This document shows positions 38,602-48,172 of a DNA stretch of 64,000 bases, one piece after another; position 1 is the first letter of the stretch; every line of letters begins with the position of its first letter. The stretch spans positions 56,922-120,921 of the forward strand of contig JBQTIT010000007.1 in assembly GCA_052387855.1 (NCBI GenBank), in the 5' to 3' direction. The translations under genes were made by a program, and so were the position numbers. The notes under the pieces are model-generated. The model was not told the origin of the DNA. It searched no databases and was given only the letters and a program-made list of their open reading frames with translations. This DNA is from Paracoccaceae bacterium. Lineage in GTDB: Bacteria; Pseudomonadota; Alphaproteobacteria; Rhodobacterales; Rhodobacteraceae.

Positions 38602-40176
38602 TCACTCGCCGTGGTAGGTGATCGTCTTCATGTCCCCGCCCGGCGCTGTCTTTGTCCGGCGCACGATCAGCTTGTTCAGCGCGTTCACATAGGCCTTGAC
38701 GCTGGCAACGATGGTGTCGGTGTCGGCCGAAGAGCCGGTCACGATGCGCCCGTCCTCTTGCAGGCGGACCGAGACGGTGGCCTGCGCGTCGGTGCCTTCG
38801 GTCACGGCGTGGACCTGATAGACCTCAAGCACCGCCTTGTGGGCAAAGAGCATGTCCACCGCGTTGAAGGCCGCATCGACCGGCCCGTCGCCCGTGGCGT
38901 CGATCGAGGCTTCCTTGCCGCCGACCGACAGGGTCAACTCGGCCTCGCGCGGCCCGTCGGTGCCGCAGACCACGCGCAGCCGCTTGACCTGTAGATGGTC
39001 GCCCTCGTCCGAGGTCGCCTCATCCGCCACCAGCGCGATGAGGTCATCGTCAAAGACCTCTTTCTTCTGGTCCGCCAGCGCCTTGAAGCGGACAAAGACA
39101 TCGTTGAGCTGGTTGTCGGCCAGATCAAAGCCCAGATCGCGCAGCTTGGCCCGCAGCGCCGCACGGCCCGAATGCTTGCCCATCGTCAGGTTCTTCTGGC
39201 TCAGGCCGATGTCCTCGGGGCGCATGATTTCAAAGGTCTGCACGTTCTTCAGCACGCCGTCCTGATGGATGCCGCTTTCGTGAAGAAAGGCGTTCTTGCC
39301 GACGATGGCCTTGTTGAACTGCACGGCAAAGCCGGAAACGGCCGCGACGCGGCGCGACAGGTTCATGATCTTGGTCGTGTCGATGCGGGTCTGATAGGGC
39401 AGGATGTCGTTGCGCACCCGCATCGCCATTACCACCTCTTCAAGCGCGGTGTTTCCGGCCCGCTCGCCCAGTCCGTTGATGGTGCATTCGATCTGCCGCG
39501 CACCCGCCTCGACCGCCGCAAGGGCGTTCGCCGTCGCCATGCCCAGATCGTTGTGGCAATGGGTGGCAAAGGTGATGGCATCGGCGCCCGGAACCCGTTC
39601 CAGCAGCATCGCGATCAGCTTGGCGGATTCGAAGGGATAGGTGTAGCCCACGGTGTCCGGGATGTTGATGGTCGTGGCGCCGGCCCGGATGGCGATCTCG
39701 ACCACGCGGCACAGATAGTCATGCTCGGTGCGCGTGGCGTCCATCGGCGACCATTGCACGTTGTCGCACAGGTTGCGCGCATGGGTCACGGTGTCGTGGA
39801 TGCGCTCTGCCATCTGGTCCATGTCGAGGTTGGGAATGGCCCGGTGCAGCGGCGAGGTGCCGATGAAGGTGTGGATGCGGGGCGAGGCCGCATGCCGCAC
39901 CGCTTCCCAGCAGCGGTCGATGTCCTTGAAATTGGCGCGCGCCAGACCGCAGATGGTCGAGTTGCGCGACCGCTTGGCAATTTCACTGACGGCCGCGAAA
40001 TCACCCTCGGAGGCGATGGGAAAGCCGGCCTCGATGATGTCGACGCCCATCTCGTCCAGAAGGCCGGCGATCTCCAGCTTTTCGTCATGGGTCATGGTGG
40101 CGCCGGGCGACTGTTCGCCATCGCGCAGGGTGGTGTCAAAGATCAGTACGCGGGCTTGCGTGGATTTGTCGGTCAT
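38602..40176 (-). CDS. leuA: 2-isopropylmalate synthase
   Basis: IFDTTLRDGEQSPGATM...HCHNDLGMATAN motifs. 524 aa with a C-terminal LeuA dimerisation/regulatory domain. Confidence 0.96.
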   Translation of the reverse strand: MTDKSTQARVLIFDTTLRDGEQSPGATMTHDEKLEIAGLLDEMGVDIIEAGFPIASEGDFAAVSEIAKRSRNSTICGLARANFKDIDRCWEAVRHAASPRIHTFIGTSPLHRAIPNLDMDQMAERIHDTVTHARNLCDNVQWSPMDATRTEHDYLCRVVEIAIRAGATTINIPDTVGYTYPFESAKLIAMLLERVPGADAITFATHCHNDLGMATANALAAVEAGARQIECTINGLGERAGNTALEEVVMAMRVRNDILPYQTRIDTTKIMNLSRRVAAVSGFAVQFNKAIVGKNAFLHESGIHQDGVLKNVQTFEIMRPEDIGLSQKNLTMGKHSGRAALRAKLRDLGFDLADNQLNDVFVRFKALADQKKEVFDDDLIALVADEATSDEGDHLQVKRLRVVCGTDGPREAELTLSVGGKEASIDATGDGPVDAAFNAVDMLFAHKAVLEVYQVHAVTEGTDAQATVSVRLQEDGRIVTGSSADTDTIVASVKAYVNALNKLIVRRTKTAPGGDMKTITYHGE

Positions 40177-40224
40177 CTCTGGGGGTCCTTCCGGTTTCCT
40201 AGCTTCGGTCCAGGGCGCTGGTCA

Positions 40225-40260
40225 CCTCTGAGCGGTCGCGCCCGGGGGCACGCTCAGAGG
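40225..40260 (-). promoter_or_regulatory. Perfect 10-bp-stem hairpin spanning the leader-peptide stop codon (candidate attenuator element)
   Basis: On the transcript: CCUCUGAGCG-N16-CGCUCAGAGG. It lies 49 nt upstream of the leuA ATG. Confidence 0.45.
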
Positions 40261-40340
40261 CGGCTAAGAAGCAGAAGCAGCGCAGGGCGGGCGCCGGTGT
40301 TGGCGCTGCTGCGGTGGGAATGATGAGGTGCCCTGATCAT
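40254..40340 (-). CDS. Putative leuA leader peptide, 28 aa with five consecutive Leu codons
   Basis: ATG 40340...MIRAPHHSHRSSANTGARPALLLLLSRL*. The Leu codons are CTG CTT CTG CTT CTT. The peptide ends 78 nt upstream of leuA. Confidence 0.5.
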   Translation of the reverse strand: MIRAPHHSHRSSANTGARPALLLLLSRL

Positions 40341-40532
40341 GGGGGCGACTATAGAGGCGAAAACCCCGATGAAAAGGGGGAGAATGACGATTTCGGCGGC
40401 CTTTTCGCCGATCCCCTCGCCGCGCGGGTGCGGGGCATTGCCGCCCACCGCCCCGCACCCGCAGCATTCCCGCTTTCGCCGCCCCGGGCCATGGCCTATC
40501 CTGCCGCCAGCCTGCTGTTCGCGGAGAAGACC

Positions 40533-41108
40533 ATGATCCACCGCCTGGCCCTTGCCTCGGCCGCAACCCTGATGTCCGCCGGCCTGTCGCTTGCCGGTCC
40601 GATCACCGACCTTGCCGCCAGCGTCGAATCGCGGCTCGCCAATGGCGACTATGCCGCCGCCGTCGCCGAGGCGCGCGCGGTGCTGGCCATGGTCTGGGAC
40701 CAGAGCCCCGGCATCGGGTTTACCGATTCGGTGCTGGTGATCGAGCCGGCCTCGGGCTATGGCATCTTCAATCCGCGCGCGGGCAACGCATTTCGCCCGG
40801 GCGAGCCGATCGTGATCTATGCCGAGCCCTTCGGCTACGGCTTTGGCAGCCCCGGCGAGGGGCTTTATTCGATCGGATTCTTTGTCGACCTTCAGGTGAT
40901 GGACGCCAAGGGCGAGGTTCTGGCGGATGTGCCCAACGTCGCCGATCTTGAGATGTCCTCGCGTTTTCCGAACAAGGAATTTCAGGCCAACATCACCTAC
41001 AGTCTTGACGGCCTCGCCCCGGGCAAATACCGCCTGATCACCACCTTGCGCGACAAGTATTCGCCAAAGCTGGGCAGTTTCGAGATCGAGGTAGAGATCG
41101 CGGGCTGA
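40533..41108 (+). CDS. Secreted hypothetical protein (signal peptide)
   Basis: ATG 40533 after GGAGAAG. N-terminus MIHRLALASAATLMSAGLSLAGP is signal-like. Beta-rich, 191 aa. No motif recognised. Confidence 0.6.
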   Translation: MIHRLALASAATLMSAGLSLAGPITDLAASVESRLANGDYAAAVAEARAVLAMVWDQSPGIGFTDSVLVIEPASGYGIFNPRAGNAFRPGEPIVIYAEPFGYGFGSPGEGLYSIGFFVDLQVMDAKGEVLADVPNVADLEMSSRFPNKEFQANITYSLDGLAPGKYRLITTLRDKYSPKLGSFEIEVEIAG

Positions 41109-41226
41109 CGGACCAGGGGCCGAGAGCGCCCTTTCACGACCCCGGACGCGCGGCGGGTGATCCCGCGCGGCAAAGGCCTTGGCCCGGCCCTTGCAGAAAA
41201 AGACCGAAGTTGTCAGCGGAGCGGCC

Positions 41227-42174
41227 ATGACGCAAACACCGATCGTTACCCTTACCCTCAACCCGGCGCTGGACATGTCGACCGAGGTACCGCGTCTGGT
41301 GCCCGACGAAAAGTTGCGCTGCGCCGAGCCGGTGCTGGACCCCGGTGGCGGCGGGCTGAACGTCAGCCGCGCGGTGATGACGCTGGGCGGCGAAAGCCTG
41401 GCGCTGGTGGCGCTGGGCGGGCTGACCGGCGACCGCCTGGCCGGTCTGATCCGGACCGAGGGCGTGCCCTTTCTGGCCCTGACCGCGCCCGGCGAGACGC
41501 GGCAGAGCCTGACCGTGACCGAAAAGGCCTCCGGTCATCAGTACCGCTTCATGTTGCCCGGGCCGATCTGGGCCGAGACCGATCAGGAAAGGGTCTTTAC
41601 CCTCTTGCGCGCCTCGGCCCGGGCCGGGGCCTTTGGCGTAATCTCGGGCAGCCAGCCGCCGGGCGTTCCGCTGGACTTTCCCGCGCGCCTGGCGCGGGCC
41701 ATGCCGGGGCTGATGGTGATCCTCGACACCTCGGGCCCGGCGCTGTCCGAGGCGGTCTCGCACCCGATCCCGGGGCTCGAAGTGCTGCGGATGGACGGCT
41801 ACGAGGCCGAGCAACTGGCCGGCCGGTCCCTGACCTCGCGCGCGGACACGGCGGATTTCGCCGAGAGCCTGGCGCGGCGGGGCGTGGCACGGGCGGTCAT
41901 CGTGGCGCGGGGGGCCGACGGGTCGGTGCTGGCCTCGGCGGGGGAGCGGCTGCACTGCGCCGCCGCCTCGGTCAAGGTCGTCTCGACCATCGGCGCGGGT
42001 GACAGCTTTGTCGCCGGCTACGTTCTGGCGCGGGCGCGGGGGCAGGACAACGCCGCCGCCCTGTCACTGGCCAGTGCCGCCGCAAGCTCTGCCGTGACCA
42101 CGCCCGCGACCGAGCTTTGCCGGGCGGCCGACGTCATGCGCCTGATGCCGGAATGCACCGTGTCCAGCATCTGA
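41227..42174 (+). CDS. PfkB-family sugar kinase (1-phosphofructokinase/hexose kinase type)
   Basis: TLNPALDMS...DPGGGGLNVSRA...STIGAGDSFVAG motifs. Confidence 0.85.
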   Translation: MTQTPIVTLTLNPALDMSTEVPRLVPDEKLRCAEPVLDPGGGGLNVSRAVMTLGGESLALVALGGLTGDRLAGLIRTEGVPFLALTAPGETRQSLTVTEKASGHQYRFMLPGPIWAETDQERVFTLLRASARAGAFGVISGSQPPGVPLDFPARLARAMPGLMVILDTSGPALSEAVSHPIPGLEVLRMDGYEAEQLAGRSLTSRADTADFAESLARRGVARAVIVARGADGSVLASAGERLHCAAASVKVVSTIGAGDSFVAGYVLARARGQDNAAALSLASAAASSAVTTPATELCRAADVMRLMPECTVSSI

Positions 42175-42184
42175 GGCTGCCGCC

Positions 42185-43843
42185 TCAGCCTTCGTCGCGC
42201 CAGCGCATCGCGATGGGATAGCGGCGGTCCAGCCACAGCGCGCGCCTGGTCAGCCTTGTGCCCGGCGCCGACTGAAAGCGCTTGTATTCGCTGATGTAGA
42301 GAAGATGCTCGATCCGCTTGACCGTGGCGCGGTCGTGGCCCTCGGCCACCAGATCGGCCACGCTCGCTTCGCGCTCGATCAGCCCGTCAAGGATGGCGTC
42401 CAGCACGGCATAGGGCGGCAGGCTGTCTTCGTCCTTCTGGTTGTCGCGCAGCTCGGCGCTGGGCGGCTTGTCGATCACCCGCTGCGGGATCACCGCGCCC
42501 GCCGGGCCCGCCATCCAGGGGCGGTGGTTGTCGTTGCGCCAGCGGCAGGTGTCGAACACGCGGGTCTTGTACAGGTCCTTGAGCGGGTTGTAGCCGCCGT
42601 TCATGTCGCCATAGATCGTGCAATAGCCCACGGCCATTTCAGACTTGTTGCCCGTGGTCAGCAGCATCTCGCCGAACTTGTTCGACAGCGCCATCAGCAG
42701 CAGCCCGCGCAGGCGCGACTGGATGTTTTCCTCGGTGATGCCGGGCTCGGTGCCTTCGAACAGCGGCGCCAGCGCCTCGCCCACGGCGCCCTGCGCGCCG
42801 CTGATCGGCACATTGTCCAGTCGCGTGCCCAGCGCCCGCGCCACCGCCGCTGCATCCTCCAGCGAGGCTTGCGAGGTAAAGCGCGAGGGCAGCATGACGC
42901 AGCGCACGTTTTCCGCGCCCAGCGCGTCCACGGCGATGGCCGCCACCAGCGCCGAATCGATGCCGCCCGACAGGCCCAGCAGCACCTTGGCAAAGCCCGT
43001 CTTGGCCAGATAGTCCCGCACCGAGACCACCATCGCGCGGTAATCCGCCTCGACCACGCGCGGCATCTCGGCCTGCGGGCCGGGCTCGGCGCGCCAGCCG
43101 TCCGGGCCCTTGGCGAAGGTCACGGTCACGCTGGCCTCGTCGAACTGCGGCAATTGCACGGGCACCGAGCCATCGGGGTTCATCACGAAAGAGGCGCCGT
43201 CAAAGACCTGATCGTCCTGCCCGCCGGTCATGTTCAGATAGACCAGCGGCAGGCCGGTGTCCGCCACGCGCCAGCGCATAAGGCCCTGCCGGACCGCCGG
43301 CTTGCCCCGGTGATAGGGCGAGCCGTTCGGAACCAGCAGGATCTCGGCCCCCGCCCGCGCATGGGCCAGCGCCACGCCTTCGTGCCAGGCATCCTCGCAG
43401 ATCGGTGTGCCGATCATGACCGGGCCCAGCCGGAACGGCGCCTGAATCGGCGCGCTGGCAAAGACCCGCTTTTCGTCAAAGACCGAATCGTTCGGCAACT
43501 CGTGCTTGAGCACCTCTGCCAGGATGCGCCCGTCCCCCAGATAGAAATAACCGTTGTAAAGGCGCCCGTCCCGGCGCACCGGGCAACCGATGCCCAGCGC
43601 CGGCCCGCCCGTGACCTGCGCGGCCAGCTCTGCCAGCGCCGCCTCGGCCGAGGCGACAAAGGCCGGCTTCAGCACCAGGTCCTGGGTCTGGTAGCCGGTC
43701 AGGAACATCTCGCTCAGCGCCACCAGATCGGCCCCCGCCGCCCGCCCGCCCGCCCATTCCGCAAGCGCCCGCGCCGCATTGGCCTTGAGCGCGCCAAGCA
43801 CGGGTCCGGCCTGCACAAGTGTGATGCGGAATGGCCCGCTCAT
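42185..43843 (-). CDS. nadE: Glutamine-dependent NAD+ synthetase
   Basis: N-terminal C-N hydrolase domain (LSEMFLTGY, ICEDAWH) plus a C-terminal synthetase domain with SGGIDSALV. 552 aa. Confidence 0.95.
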   Translation of the reverse strand: MSGPFRITLVQAGPVLGALKANAARALAEWAGGRAAGADLVALSEMFLTGYQTQDLVLKPAFVASAEAALAELAAQVTGGPALGIGCPVRRDGRLYNGYFYLGDGRILAEVLKHELPNDSVFDEKRVFASAPIQAPFRLGPVMIGTPICEDAWHEGVALAHARAGAEILLVPNGSPYHRGKPAVRQGLMRWRVADTGLPLVYLNMTGGQDDQVFDGASFVMNPDGSVPVQLPQFDEASVTVTFAKGPDGWRAEPGPQAEMPRVVEADYRAMVVSVRDYLAKTGFAKVLLGLSGGIDSALVAAIAVDALGAENVRCVMLPSRFTSQASLEDAAAVARALGTRLDNVPISGAQGAVGEALAPLFEGTEPGITEENIQSRLRGLLLMALSNKFGEMLLTTGNKSEMAVGYCTIYGDMNGGYNPLKDLYKTRVFDTCRWRNDNHRPWMAGPAGAVIPQRVIDKPPSAELRDNQKDEDSLPPYAVLDAILDGLIEREASVADLVAEGHDRATVKRIEHLLYISEYKRFQSAPGTRLTRRALWLDRRYPIAMRWRDEG

Positions 43844-43971
43844 GTGATCGCTCCTGCTGTACCCGTCCGTTCTAGCAGCTTGCGCGACCGGCGAAAGGGG
43901 GCCCGTCCCCGGCCCGCCCGCTTGTCACCCCCCCGCTGGCCCGCTAGGATTCCGGCAAAAGGAGTGCTGCC

Positions 43972-45420
43972 ATGGCTTTGCGCGACCGGATATCCGCATT
44001 TGCAAGGGCCCTGCCGCTGAGCGCGGCGCTTCTGGCGGGCCCGGCGCTCGGCCAGGACGGCCAGATCGTGACCAAGCAGTACGACGACGGCTCGGTCTAC
44101 GAGGGCGCGTTCAAGGACGGCCGCCAGCACGGGCAGGGCACCTACACGCTGCCCAGCGGCTTTGTCTACACCGGCGCATGGGTCGAGGGCCGGATCGAGG
44201 GCGAGGGCCGGGCCAGCTATCCCGACGGATCGGTCTACGAGGGCGGATTTGTGAACGGCAAGCCCCAGGGCACCGGCAAGATCGCCTTTGGCGACGGCGG
44301 CACCTATGAGGGCGACTGGCTTGACGGCGCCATGACCGGCACCGGCACCGCGCAGTATGCGGGCGGCGCGGTCTACACGGGCGGCTTTCTGGGCGGCCAG
44401 CACAGCGGCCAGGGCCTGCTCGTCTCGCCCGACGGATCCCGGTACGAGGGGACCTGGGTCGAGGGCCGCAAGGAAGGCCAGGCCATCAACACCTTTGCCG
44501 ACGGCGCGCGCTATGAGGGCAGCTTTCTGGCCAACCAGCGCCAGGGCGAGGGCACGCTGACCCTGCCTGACGGGACGGTCTATTCCGGCACCTGGAGCGG
44601 CGGGCAGATCAACGGGGCGGGCAGGCTCGTGCAGCCCGGCGGCGATGTCTATGAGGGCAGCTTCAAGGACGGGCTGCGCCAGGGCAGGGGCAAGACCACC
44701 TACCAAAGCGGCGACACCTACGAGGGCGAGTTCGACCGCGACAGGCGCCACGGCACCGGCCTGTTCCAGGCCGCCGACGGAACCTCGTATCAGGGCCAGT
44801 GGATCGCCGGCCAGATGGAGGGGACCGGCCGGCTGACCTATGCCGACGGCTCGGTCTATGACGGCAGCCTGGCCGCCGGCCTGCCGCAGGGTCAGGGCAG
44901 GATCACCTATCCCGACGGCTCCTCCTACGAGGGCGCCTGGGCGCGCGGCGCGATCGAGGGGCAGGGCCGCGCCGCCTATGCCGGGGGCGTGGTCTACGAG
45001 GGCGGCTTCAAGGCCGCCAAACCCCATGGCACCGGCATCATGACCTATCCTGACGGCTACCGCTACGAAGGCGGCTGGCGGGACGGCCTGCGCGAGGGCC
45101 AGGGCAGCGCCAGCTATCCGGACGGCACGCTCTACACCGGCGGCTTTCGCGCCGGCCTGCGCGAGGGACGCGGCAGCATGACCGAGCCGGGCGGCTTTTC
45201 CTACGAAGGCGACTGGAAGGCCGGCGAGATCGAAGGCACCGGCATCGCCACCTATGCCTCGGGCGATGTCTACGAGGGCAGCTTTGCCAAGGGCCGCCGC
45301 CACGGCCCCGGCAAGCTCACCTATCGCGGCGGCGAGGTCAGCGAGGGCCTGTGGGAAAACGGCATCCTGCGCGCCCCCCTGCCAAAACCCGCGCCCGCCG
45401 ACGGCACCTCAGGCGGCTGA
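43972..45420 (+). CDS. Exported MORN-repeat protein
   Basis: Signal-like N-terminus (AFARALPLSAALLAGPALG), then roughly 18 (by eye) consecutive 23-aa YxGxFxxGxxxGxGxxxxxxGxx repeats. Confidence 0.9.
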   Translation: MALRDRISAFARALPLSAALLAGPALGQDGQIVTKQYDDGSVYEGAFKDGRQHGQGTYTLPSGFVYTGAWVEGRIEGEGRASYPDGSVYEGGFVNGKPQGTGKIAFGDGGTYEGDWLDGAMTGTGTAQYAGGAVYTGGFLGGQHSGQGLLVSPDGSRYEGTWVEGRKEGQAINTFADGARYEGSFLANQRQGEGTLTLPDGTVYSGTWSGGQINGAGRLVQPGGDVYEGSFKDGLRQGRGKTTYQSGDTYEGEFDRDRRHGTGLFQAADGTSYQGQWIAGQMEGTGRLTYADGSVYDGSLAAGLPQGQGRITYPDGSSYEGAWARGAIEGQGRAAYAGGVVYEGGFKAAKPHGTGIMTYPDGYRYEGGWRDGLREGQGSASYPDGTLYTGGFRAGLREGRGSMTEPGGFSYEGDWKAGEIEGTGIATYASGDVYEGSFAKGRRHGPGKLTYRGGEVSEGLWENGILRAPLPKPAPADGTSGG

Positions 45421-45479
45421 AACCCGCCCCCCATTCACTTTGGTCAAATATCCTCGGGGGTGAATTGGCAAAGCCAAGA

Positions 45480-45497
45480 GGGGGCCCGAGGGCCCCC
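45480..45497. terminator. GC hairpin between convergent genes (possible bidirectional terminator)
   Basis: GGGGGCCC-GA-GGGCCCCC, an 8-bp stem. Confidence 0.3.
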
Positions 45498-45512
45498 TGC
45501 CTTCCCCCCCCC

Positions 45513-45950
45513 TCACATCTCCCACCAGGGGTCGATGGCGGCGATTTCCGCGTCGGTCCAGCCGAAGTGATGCGCCAGCTCGTGCACCAGGACATGGCCG
45601 ACGAGCTGCCCCAGCCCGACGGTGCCGCGCTCGATCCACTCCTCCAGGATCGCGCGCCGAAAGAGCGTGATCGTGTCCGGCCCCAGCGGCTGGTCGGCCA
45701 AGCTCTTTTCGGTCAGCGGCACGCCCTGATAGACCCCGGTCAGATCAAGCGGGCTGTCGATGCCCATCTCGTCCAAGAGATCGTCATCCGCCAGATCCTC
45801 GATCCGGATCGCCACGGCGCGCGCGTGGCGCCGAAAGGGCTCGGGCAGCGCTTCAAGGGCGGCCAGGGCCAGGGCCTCGATCTGGCCAAGGCCGGGGGGG
45901 CGGGGGTCGTGGCCCTCGGGGGCAAGGGCGTCGTGCGGGGTTTCGGTCAT
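45513..45950 (-). CDS. Zincin-like metallopeptidase family protein (DUF1025-like)
   Basis: C-terminal HELAHHFG HExxH motif. 145 aa. Confidence 0.7.
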   Translation of the reverse strand: MTETPHDALAPEGHDPRPPGLGQIEALALAALEALPEPFRRHARAVAIRIEDLADDDLLDEMGIDSPLDLTGVYQGVPLTEKSLADQPLGPDTITLFRRAILEEWIERGTVGLGQLVGHVLVHELAHHFGWTDAEIAAIDPWWEM

Positions 45951-46027
45951 GGCGCGAGCTTAGCGCAGTCCGGCCTGTTCGCAACCGGGGCGCTCGTGCT
46001 AGCCTTGACCGAGCGCGGGAGGGGACG

Positions 46028-46459
46028 ATGGCCTATGAAGCGAAACTGAAGATCGAGCCCATGCAGCCCGGGGCCTTTCTGGATGCGGTCGAGCCGCCGC
46101 AGCGCCAGGCCGAAGCGCGCCACCTGGCCCGGATCTTCAACGAGGTGACGGGCTATGCGCCGCGCGTCTATTCCCACGGCATGCTGGGCTGGGGGCGCTA
46201 CAGCTACACCTATGCCACGGGCCATTCCGGCACCTCCTTTGCCACCGGCTTTGCCCCGCGCAAGGCCGAGCTCAGCATCTACATCCTGCCGGGCTACGCC
46301 GATTTCTCGGCCATTCTGGGCCGGCTCGGCAAGCACAGGGTCGGCAAGTCCTGTCTTTACCTGCGCCATCTGGCGGATGCCGACGAATCGGTCCTGCGCG
46401 AGCTGATCGCGGCGGGGCTAAAGGATCTGGGGACCAGATGGCCGGTGTCGCCCACCTGA
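46028..46459 (+). CDS. DUF1801 (YdhG-like) domain protein
   Basis: 143 aa. The call comes from recollection of the family pattern (GYGxYxYxY...GxSCLYxxxLxDxD). Confidence 0.6.
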   Translation: MAYEAKLKIEPMQPGAFLDAVEPPQRQAEARHLARIFNEVTGYAPRVYSHGMLGWGRYSYTYATGHSGTSFATGFAPRKAELSIYILPGYADFSAILGRLGKHRVGKSCLYLRHLADADESVLRELIAAGLKDLGTRWPVSPT

Positions 46460-46512
46460 ACTGGACATTTTCGCGCCTTCGTGACAGGGAAGCGGGCTGA
46501 GGAGACCTGCCC

Positions 46513-47844
46513 ATGACCCGCGCCACCACGACCCGTTTCGCCCCCTCGCCCACCGGCTATATCCATGTCGGCAACCTGCGCACCGCCCTGATGAACTATC
46601 TGATCGCCCGCAAGGCCGGCGGCACGTTCATCCTGCGGCTGGACGACACCGACCAGGAACGCTCGAAACAGGAATATATCGACGCGCTGATGCAGGATCT
46701 CGACTGGCTTGGCCTGCACTGGGACCGGGTGGAGCAGCAGTCCAAACGCATGGACCGCTATGCCGAGGCGGCCGAGCAGTTGCGCGCGGCGGGGCGGTTC
46801 TATGAATGCTTCGAGACCCCGGTCGAGCTGGACCTCAAGCGCAAGAAGCTGCTGAACATGCACCGCCCGCCGGTCTATGACCGCGCGGCGCTGAAGCTGT
46901 CAGAGGCCGACAAGGCCGCCCTGCGCGCCGAGGGGCGCGAGGGGTACTGGCGCTTCCTGCTGGATCAGGAGCGCATCGAATGGACCGACGGCATCCTGGG
47001 CCCGATCTCGATCGATGCCGCGTCGGTGTCGGACCCGGTGCTGATCCGCGCCGACGGGCAGGTGCTGTATACCTTTGCCTCCTCGGTCGACGATGTCGAC
47101 ATGGGCGTCAGCTTTATCGTGCGCGGGGCGGATCATGTGACCAATACCGCGACGCAGATCCAGATCATGCAGGCGCTGGGGGGCACGCCGCCCAGCTTTG
47201 CGCACCATTCCCTGTTGACCGGCGCCGAGGATGAAAAGCTGTCCAAGCGCGCCGGCGCCCTGTCGCTGCGCGATCTGCGCGCGCAAGGGGTGGAGCCGAT
47301 GGCGCTCTTGTCGATGCTGGCGCGGCTCGGCTCGTCGAAACCTGTCGAACTGGCGCGCTCGATGCAGGACCTGATCGACGGCTTCGACGTCGGCAGCTTT
47401 GGCGCCGCGCCGACCAGGTTCGACCCCGAGGATCTGTTCCCCCTGACCCGCCAGCACGTTCAGGGCCTGCCATTTGCGGCCGTCAGCGCCCGCATCGCCG
47501 CGCTCGGCGTGCCCGCCGAGAAGGCAGAGCTTTTCTGGTCCGTCGCCAAGGGCAACATCACCGACCTGGCCGATCTTGAAGGCTGGTGGCAGCTTTTCCG
47601 CGACGGGGCCGAGCCGCTGGTGGACGCGGCCGACGCCGAATTCGTGGCGCGGGCGCTGGCGCTCTTGCCGGCGCGGCCCTGGACCGGCGCCACCTGGGGC
47701 GAATGGACCGGCGCCGTGAAAGAGGCCACCGGGCGCAAGGGCAAGGACCTGTTCCGCCCGCTGCGCCGGGCGCTGACGGGGCGCGACGCGGGCCCGGAAA
47801 TGGCCGACGTGATGCCCCTGCTCGGCCGCGTGCGCGGGGCCTGA
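46513..47844 (+). CDS. gltX: Glutamyl-tRNA synthetase
   Basis: TRFAPSPTGYIHVGNLRTAL (HIGH region) and KLSKR (KMSKS). 443 aa. Confidence 0.92.
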   Translation: MTRATTTRFAPSPTGYIHVGNLRTALMNYLIARKAGGTFILRLDDTDQERSKQEYIDALMQDLDWLGLHWDRVEQQSKRMDRYAEAAEQLRAAGRFYECFETPVELDLKRKKLLNMHRPPVYDRAALKLSEADKAALRAEGREGYWRFLLDQERIEWTDGILGPISIDAASVSDPVLIRADGQVLYTFASSVDDVDMGVSFIVRGADHVTNTATQIQIMQALGGTPPSFAHHSLLTGAEDEKLSKRAGALSLRDLRAQGVEPMALLSMLARLGSSKPVELARSMQDLIDGFDVGSFGAAPTRFDPEDLFPLTRQHVQGLPFAAVSARIAALGVPAEKAELFWSVAKGNITDLADLEGWWQLFRDGAEPLVDAADAEFVARALALLPARPWTGATWGEWTGAVKEATGRKGKDLFRPLRRALTGRDAGPEMADVMPLLGRVRGA

Positions 47845-47923
47845 CGGGCGGGGCAGGCGGCTCGGTATACCGCTGCATTCTTTGTTCTTGCCAGCCGCGC
47901 CCGAACCGGGTTAGGTGTTTGGC

Positions 47924-48100
47924 GTCAGTTCGGGAGAATCCGCCTGCGGCCTTGCGGCCCCATGCGGTGCCGAAGGAGCAACCGCCCCGGTAAACTCTCA
48001 GGCGCCAGGACCGTTCTGACCACAGACTCTGGAGAGTGGCGCGCCAGCGCCCGCCGAAGGGATAACGATCTCAGGCGCGCCGCGCGGCGCAGGGACAGAG
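47924..48100 (+). promoter_or_regulatory. Tandem glycine riboswitch (two aptamers) controlling gcvTHP
   Basis: Aptamer 1: GTCAG..GGGAGAA...GCCGAAGGAGCAA...CTCAGGCGCCAGGAC..CTGAC. Aptamer 2: CTCTGGAGAG...CGCCGAAGGGATAA...CTCAGGCGC...GGGACAGAG. It sits upstream of gcvT, the classical context. Confidence 0.88.
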
Positions 48101-48172
48101 GGGGCACCGGGGGCAGGGGAACTGCCCGGTCGGTGCCGTCCTGCGCAAGGACTGGCGAAAGGGGGGGCGGCC

